From Pseudomonadota bacterium (GTDB taxonomy: Archaea > Thermoplasmatota > SW-10-69-26 > JACQPN01 > JAJPHT01): 62,454 nucleotides of DNA. This document shows positions 57,347 through 62,454 of this stretch, one piece after another; positions within the stretch are counted from its first letter, which is position 1, and each line of letters starts with the position of its first letter. The notes under the pieces are model-generated. The model was not told where the DNA came from. It worked only from the letters and a program-made list of their open reading frames with translations, and ran no database searches. The position numbers and the translations under genes were made by a program. The stretch is from NCBI GenBank assembly GCA_021325135.1, contig JAJPHT010000042.1, positions 1 to 62,454 on the forward strand, given 5' to 3'.

Positions 57347-58240
57347 TTAGATGGCGCGGAACGTGTGCACGACGCACACGCCGTTGGCGGAGGGGACCGC
57401 GCGCTCCAGCCTCCAGCCGGCGCGCTCCACCATGGCGACGAACTCCTTGGGGTCGTGATAGCGCGTGTTGATCTCCAGGAGCTTGCCCAGGTGGCTCGTG
57501 CTGTGCCACGCGAAGTTGTCCACGACGAGCGCGGCGCCGGGGGCCGCGAGGCCGCGGAAGCGGCGCGCAAGGCGCTCCACGTCGGGTTCGTCGAGCCACG
57601 CAGTGAGGCCGATGCAGTTGACCACGTCGAAGCCTCCCTCCAGGCTTGCGAGGCCGCGGCTGGCGAAGAGGTCCTCTCGGTGCGTGCGCAGGGCGCCGCC
57701 CGCCGCCGCGACGCGCGCCGTGGCCAGGGGGAGCGCCTCGCCGGTGGCGTCGAGGTCGAGGCCGTGCATCTCCAGGCGCGCATGCAGCGCGGGGTCCTCC
57801 TTGCGCAGCGTCCCGGAGGCGTGCGCCACATCACGGCCGGCGCCGCAGGGTGCGCTCAGCACGCGCACGGGGCCCGCGTGCCGCGCGCCCGCGGCGCGGG
57901 CCTCCGCGACGAGGGCGCCCTCGACGAGGGCGAGGCGCTGGCGCAGCCCCTCGTGGAGCGGCATCTCCAGGACCTTGCGGTCGATGGCGCGGCCCACGAA
58001 GCCCAGCGAGCCGCGGGGCTTCGCGTCGTAGGCGCGGTCCGTGGTGATGGCGTCGTACTTGCGGCGCAGCACCATGCGGCCGTAGTCCGAGAGCAGCATG
58101 GGGAGATACCACCAGCGCAGCGTCCAGAAGAAGCGCCACGCCAGCGCGGCCGCGGACCGGCGCGCGCCCTCCTGGTGGCGGGCGCGCGGGTGATATCGGC
58201 TCTCGTTGGCTTGCAGGCGGGAGGCAGGGACGGCGTCCAT
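57347..58240 (-). CDS. Class I SAM methyltransferase resembling the YnbC C-terminal domain
   Basis: [14 protein letters not shown] motif; DRAY..KPRG..GRAIDR..L....GLRQR similar to the YnbC methyltransferase region. Confidence 0.7.
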   Translation of the reverse strand: MDAVPASRLQANESRYHPRARHQEGARRSAAALAWRFFWTLRWWYLPMLLSDYGRMVLRRKYDAITTDRAYDAKPRGSLGFVGRAIDRKVLEMPLHEGLRQRLALVEGALVAEARAAGARHAGPVRVLSAPCGAGRDVAHASGTLRKEDPALHARLEMHGLDLDATGEALPLATARVAAAGGALRTHREDLFASRGLASLEGGFDVVNCIGLTAWLDEPDVERLARRFRGLAAPGAALVVDNFAWHSTSHLGKLLEINTRYHDPKEFVAMVERAGWRLERAVPSANGVCVVHTFRAI

Positions 58241-58400
58241 GGGAATCCGCTGACCCTTCCGAGGCGCGCCCAGGCGATCGTCTTTTTCTACTCCGTAAAG
58301 TGAAAATAAATCCGAAATCCTGGGGTCAGACGCTCCTTCTCCGGTGGCCACGGGGCGCAGGTTCAAGCGCGCAAGACGGCGTGGGGCCCCGGGGAATCCC

Positions 58401-58973
58401 ATGGCGAAGCGCAAGACGACCGCGAAGAAGCCCGCCAAGACCACCGCCCGCCGCGCGAAGCCCGCCGCCAAGAAGGCCGCGCGGCGCTCGACCCCGCGCA
58501 ACGAGGTCGCGAACCAGCTGCGCACCCTCACGCCCTACCTCGCCGTGAACGACGCGGCCGGCGCCCTCGACTGGTACAAGAAGGCGTTCGGCGCGAAGGA
58601 GGTCTCCCGCCAGCCCGCGCCCGGGCCCGGCAACAAGCTCATGCACGCCCACCTGAGGATCGGCGACTCGAACCTCTTCCTCTCCGACATCTTCCCGGGC
58701 AGCGACGCCGTCGACCCCGCGAAGGCGGGCGCCAGCGTGAACCTCCACCTCTGGCACAAGGACGTGGACAAGCTCTGGAAGGGAGCCATCGCGAACGGCG
58801 CCAAGGTCACGATGCCCCTGGACGACATGTTCTGGGGCGACCGCTACGGCAAGATCGTCGACCCCTACGGCCACTCGTGGGCGCTCTCCTACAGGTCCAA
58901 GCTCAGCAAGGCCGAGCTGGAGCGCAAGCGCGAGGAGGCCATGAAGTCCTTCGGCGCCGCGCCGGCCCAGTAG
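58401..58973 (+). CDS. VOC/PhnB-like glyoxalase with Lys/Ala-rich N-terminal tail
   Basis: TLTPYL, MHAHLRIGDS, DMFWGDRYG.IVDPYGHSW. Confidence 0.85.
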   Translation: MAKRKTTAKKPAKTTARRAKPAAKKAARRSTPRNEVANQLRTLTPYLAVNDAAGALDWYKKAFGAKEVSRQPAPGPGNKLMHAHLRIGDSNLFLSDIFPGSDAVDPAKAGASVNLHLWHKDVDKLWKGAIANGAKVTMPLDDMFWGDRYGKIVDPYGHSWALSYRSKLSKAELERKREEAMKSFGAAPAQ

Positions 58974-59000
58974 GACCGGCAGAAACACCCCCTTGCTTCG

Positions 59001-59145
59001 TCGCGCGCGCCGCAGCGCGCGCAAAACGGGGGGTTTCAGGGGGGCGAGCCCCCCTGACGTTTTCGTCTTCTGATCAGGGAACTGAGACGTCATGGGGCTT
59101 CGCCCCCCGAACCCCCCGCTTTTGGCCGCGCTGCGGCGCGGCGAA
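59001..59145. repeat. REP/REPIN-like palindromic element, copy 4
   Basis: GCGCCGCAGCGCG..AAAACGGGGGGTTTCAGGGGGGCGAGCCCCCCTGACGT...ACGTCATGGGGCTTCGCCCCCCGAACCCCCCGCTTTTGGCCGCGCTGCGGCGC; between convergent genes. Confidence 0.85.
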
Positions 59146-59162
59146 ACGGGGCCCAAAGTTCT

Positions 59163-59223
59163 AGAAAAACAACGAAAAGAAAAAGGAGCCGCGCCCCCGG
59201 CTCGCTACGGGGGCGCGGCGTCC
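59163..59223 (-). terminator. Hairpin + long T-tract terminator
   Basis: GCCGCGCCCCCG...CGGGGGCGCGGC stem followed on the minus strand by TTTTTCTTTTCGTTGTTTTT. Confidence 0.75.
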
Positions 59224-59227
59224 ACGC

Positions 59228-59947
59228 TCAGCGGCTCAGGGCAAGCGCCGCGAGCACGTCGTTGGAGTTGAGGTTCACGTTCGAGTTGGCCGAGTTCGTG
59301 TCCCTCACCGTGCGGTTGATGTTCGCAATGGACGAGATACCGCTTGTGTCAAAGAGCGGGCTGGTCCCGAACGTGTCGAACCCCGTGCCGAACGTCCCGA
59401 ACCCGCCGCCGAAGGTGTTGAGGCTTCCGCGGCCCAGCGCGAGCGCCGCCAGGACGTTGTTCTGGTTGAGGCTCACGCGCTGGTCCACGACGCGGCTCTG
59501 CGAGGCGCTCTGGGACTGGTCCCCGACGCCCAGCGAGTTCGAGAAGAGGAACGGGTTGTTGAACGTGTTGAACGTCCCCAGCGTGCCGAAGTCGTTGAGC
59601 CCGAGGCCGTTGTTGAAGAGCAGCGACCGGGAGCCGAAGCCGACCCCGCCGTTGCCCAGCGCGAGCGCGAGGAGGGCGTCGTTGGTGCCGATGTGGTTGC
59701 TCTGCGAGACGGACCCGGAGTTCGTCACGGCCTGATGGATGTTCGCGACGTCCCAGATGCTCGGCGAGCTGTCCAGGGCGAGCGCGAGCAGGACGTTGTC
59801 CGTCGGGATGTCGACGGTTTGGCTTACAGACGAGCTTGCGGTGTTGGTTGCGGCCGAGTTGCTATCCGCCGACGCCGCGCCCGTGACGAAGAGCGCGGCC
59901 CCGACGATGAACGCCAAGGCCAATGCGGTTCTTAGCTTCGTATCCAT
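59228..59947 (-). CDS. Secreted Asn/Ser/Gly/Phe-rich repeat protein (amyloid-like)
   Basis: Signal peptide ..GAASA; four repeats ending (N/D)(N/D)(V/A)L(L/A)ALAL separated by FG/FN-rich linkers. Confidence 0.75.
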   Translation of the reverse strand: MDTKLRTALALAFIVGAALFVTGAASADSNSAATNTASSSVSQTVDIPTDNVLLALALDSSPSIWDVANIHQAVTNSGSVSQSNHIGTNDALLALALGNGGVGFGSRSLLFNNGLGLNDFGTLGTFNTFNNPFLFSNSLGVGDQSQSASQSRVVDQRVSLNQNNVLAALALGRGSLNTFGGGFGTFGTGFDTFGTSPLFDTSGISSIANINRTVRDTNSANSNVNLNSNDVLAALALSR

Positions 59948-60071
59948 ACCTTCTTGGAACGCCCAGGCGGCATCGTCGGCCGTCTGCGAGTATCCCTGAG
60001 GGAGAAGAGCGCCCATCGTCGATGTCTCTTCGCGACGTGCTTACAGGCGTGGAGGGCGCTCGCTCCGCCTT

Positions 60072-60764
60072 TCAGGAGGGCAGCCGCCTCGGGCGCGCGA
60101 CGCGCACGGGCGAGCCCTCGGCGAAGAGCGCGCTCGCCGGAGGGCCCGCGAGATGGCGGCCCAGCCCGCCATAGGCGCGCTCGAAGTCCACGTCCACGCG
60201 GACGTCCGCCGCGGGCCGCACGCGCCAGAGGGGATGCTCCACCTCGTACTCCACGGTGCCGCCGTCCCGCTGCCGCGCGTAGCCGAACAGGTGGTCGACG
60301 ATGAAGCGCTCGTGAGAGCCCTCGGCGGGGAGCGCCCACGAGCCCGCGGGCCGCGCGCCGAACCGGCACTCGCGCCGGCCCTCGCGCCAGGCGAACTCGA
60401 TCCAGCCGGGGCCCGCCACGTGGGACATGCGCCTCGCGTGGTACCGCTCGTTGTACGCGAGCCTGGCGACCCACGCCAGCGCGCGGCGTGGCACGATCTC
60501 CTTCACGAACGCGACGCCGCGCCGCTCGCCCCTCGCCACGTAGAGCCGGAGGTTGACCTCCTCGAAGTCCCGGTGCCAGGGAACGGAGACGCCGAGGAGC
60601 CGGGCGTCCAGCATGCGGAACCCCACGAGGCTGACGAAGCAGCGGCCCTCCGGCGCGTCGAGCCGCACGCCGCGCGGCACGAAGGCCGAGAGGGCCTCCG
60701 CTGGGACCTCGTAGTTGAGAAGAAGGAGGTCGCGCCATTCCGCGGAGAGGAAGGCGCGGGGCAT
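60072..60764 (-). CDS. DUF2071/YqjF family protein
   Basis: FLSAEWRDLLLLNY, VSLVGF, FEEVNLRLYV, YEVEHPLW. Confidence 0.85.
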   Translation of the reverse strand: MPRAFLSAEWRDLLLLNYEVPAEALSAFVPRGVRLDAPEGRCFVSLVGFRMLDARLLGVSVPWHRDFEEVNLRLYVARGERRGVAFVKEIVPRRALAWVARLAYNERYHARRMSHVAGPGWIEFAWREGRRECRFGARPAGSWALPAEGSHERFIVDHLFGYARQRDGGTVEYEVEHPLWRVRPAADVRVDVDFERAYGGLGRHLAGPPASALFAEGSPVRVARPRRLPS

Positions 60765-60771
60765 GCGCGGC

Positions 60772-62454
60772 TTACGCCGACTTGAGCTTCGAGAACTGGC
60801 CTTCGAGGTTCGCGAGCACGGCCTTGTACTCGGTCTCCCAGTCCTTCTCGAACTTGGCCTTGGCGAGGTCGCCGCGGATGTTCACCTTGAGGATCTCGCC
60901 CAGGGGCACGCCGTTCTGGAGGGCGCTCTTGGCGAGGCCCTCCCACTTGCGCAGCGCGATGAGGATGTCCAGCTGCTTCTTGAGCGGCGCGTAGGCGTCC
61001 ACGGGGTGGAACGCGTTCTGCTGGAGGAAGACCTCGCGGATGCCGCGGCTGATCTCCAGGGTCAGCTGCTGCTCCTCGGGGAGGGCGTCCGAGCCGACGA
61101 GCTGCACGATGTCCTGCAGCTCCGACTCCACCTGGAGCGTGTTGGCGGCCCACTTGCGCATGTCGGTCCACTGGGGGCTGACGTTCTTCTCGTACCACGA
61201 GGCCAGGTCGTTCTCGTAGAGCGAGTACGAGTCCAGCCAGTTGATGGCGGGGAAGTGGCGGCGCTGGGCGAGCTTGGCGTCGAGCGCCCAGAAGCACTTG
61301 ACGATGCGCAGCGTGTTCTGCGTGACGGGCTCGGAGAAGTCGCCGCCCGCGGGGCTCACGGCGCCGATGACGGTGATGGAGCCGAACTCGCCGTTGTGCG
61401 TCTTCACGCGGCCGGCGCGCTCGTAGAACTCGGCGAGGCGCGCGGCAAGGTAGGCGGGGTAGCCCTCCTCGCCGGGCATCTCTTCGAGACGGCTGGAGAT
61501 CTCACGCATGGCCTCGGCCCAGCGGGAGGTCGAGTCCGCCATGAGGGCCACGTCGAGGCCCTGGTCGCGGAAGTACTCCGCCAGCGTGATGCCGGTGTAG
61601 CAGGACGCCTCGCGGGCCGCCACGGGCATGTTGCTCGTGTTGGCGATGAGGACGGTGCGGTTCATGAGCGCCTTGCCGGTGTTGGGGTCCTCCAGGTGGG
61701 GGAACTCCGTGAGCACCTCGGTCATCTCGTTGCCGCGCTCGCCGCAGCCGATGTAGACCACGATCTGCGCGTCGGAGAACTTGGCGAGGCTCTGCTGCGT
61801 GACGGTCTTGCCGGAGCCGAAGGGGCCGGGGATGGCCGCCGTGCCGCCCTTGGCGATGGGGAAGAGGCCGTCGAGGATGCGCATGCCGGTGATGAGGGGG
61901 ATGTCGGGGCGCAGCTTCTCGGCGAAGGGGCGCGGGCGGCGCACGGGCCACTTCTGCATGAGCTGCACGTGCGCGCCGTTCTCCAGCTCGGCGACGACGT
62001 CGTCGACGGTGAACTGGCCCGCCTTGATGCTCTTGATCTTCGTCGCGGGCACGTCGGGGTGGACCATGATCTTGTGGACGATGGTCTCGGTCTCCTGGAC
62101 CGTGCCGATGATGCTGCCGCCCTTCACGGCGTCGCCCGCCTTCTTCGTGGGCTTGAAGTCCCACTTCTTGGCGTGGTCGAGGCCGGGCGCCAGCACGCCG
62201 CGCAGGATGAAGTCGCCCATCTTGTCCTTGAGGACCTCCAGGGGGCGCTGGATGCCGTCGTAGATGGACGTGAGCAGGCCGGGGCCAAGCTCCACCGAGA
62301 GCGAGGCGCCGGTCTCGACGACGGGCTCGCCGGGGCGGATGCCCGACGTCTCCTCGTAGACCTGGATGATGGTCTTGTCGCCGGCGATCTCGATGACCTC
62401 GCCCATGAGCTTCTCGTTGCCCACGAAGACGACGTCGTACATGCGGGCCTTGAT
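60772..62454 (-). CDS. atpA: A/V-type ATP synthase subunit A (N-terminus beyond window)
   Basis: PGPFGSGKT Walker [34 protein letters not shown]. Confidence 0.97.
   Translation of the reverse strand: MKARMYDVVFVGNEKLMGEVIEIAGDKTIIQVYEETSGIRPGEPVVETGASLSVELGPGLLTSIYDGIQRPLEVLKDKMGDFILRGVLAPGLDHAKKWDFKPTKKAGDAVKGGSIIGTVQETETIVHKIMVHPDVPATKIKSIKAGQFTVDDVVAELENGAHVQLMQKWPVRRPRPFAEKLRPDIPLITGMRILDGLFPIAKGGTAAIPGPFGSGKTVTQQSLAKFSDAQIVVYIGCGERGNEMTEVLTEFPHLEDPNTGKALMNRTVLIANTSNMPVAAREASCYTGITLAEYFRDQGLDVALMADSTSRWAEAMREISSRLEEMPGEEGYPAYLAARLAEFYERAGRVKTHNGEFGSITVIGAVSPAGGDFSEPVTQNTLRIVKCFWALDAKLAQRRHFPAINWLDSYSLYENDLASWYEKNVSPQWTDMRKWAANTLQVESELQDIVQLVGSDALPEEQQLTLEISRGIREVFLQQNAFHPVDAYAPLKKQLDILIALRKWEGLAKSALQNGVPLGEILKVNIRGDLAKAKFEKDWETEYKAVLANLEGQFSKLKSA

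Noticed and set aside
23591-60771. Single genomic island or provirus between atpB and atpA
   Set aside because: No integrase, tRNA or flanking att repeats were seen. The interval contains housekeeping genes with host-like codon usage.
61790-61830. Intein in AtpA at the P-loop
   Set aside because: [11 protein letters not shown] is continuous and the protein length is normal.
71-62263. Many long overlapping ORFs (e.g. 2610..5009 +, 19136..23626 +, 25514..28489 +, 29815..33648 +, 55811..58303 +)
   Set aside because: Shadow frames caused by very high GC and few stop codons. They are Arg/Gly/Ala/Pro-rich, lack motifs and overlap well-supported genes.

Overview
Very GC-rich archaeal chromosomal DNA. 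The archaellum operon, eL15, TFS and A-type ATP synthase A/B mark it as archaeal, and the archaellin signal style suggests a Thermoplasmatota-like euryarchaeon (inference). From left to right: an archaellum operon (arlB-arlB-arlC/D/E-arlF-arlG-arlH-arlI-arlJ, minus strand, arlJ cut by the window edge); DUF61, TFS, a GT-C-like membrane protein, a csbD-like gene, rpl15e and DUF54; a block of secreted, lipoprotein and redox genes; and an isolated atpB. Next come a vapBC pair split by a 500-bp cassette encoding a 12-Cys secreted protein, and a 7-gene SipW/TasA(DUF1102)-like fibre operon ending in a ~1900-aa membrane-anchored coiled-coil gene. The rest holds more Cys-rich secreted genes, ilvE, a DUF11 adhesin, ferredoxin, an M24 peptidase, a processive GT2, a DAG-kinase-family gene, citrate synthase, a bacterial-type ynbCAB/plsC phospholipid module, an amyloid-like secreted repeat protein and atpA, 37 kb from atpB. 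Four copies of a ~150-bp palindromic REP/REPIN-like element lie in intergenic regions. No rRNA, tRNA, CRISPR array, integrase or transposase was recognised. All family calls come from motif recognition by eye, not database searches.
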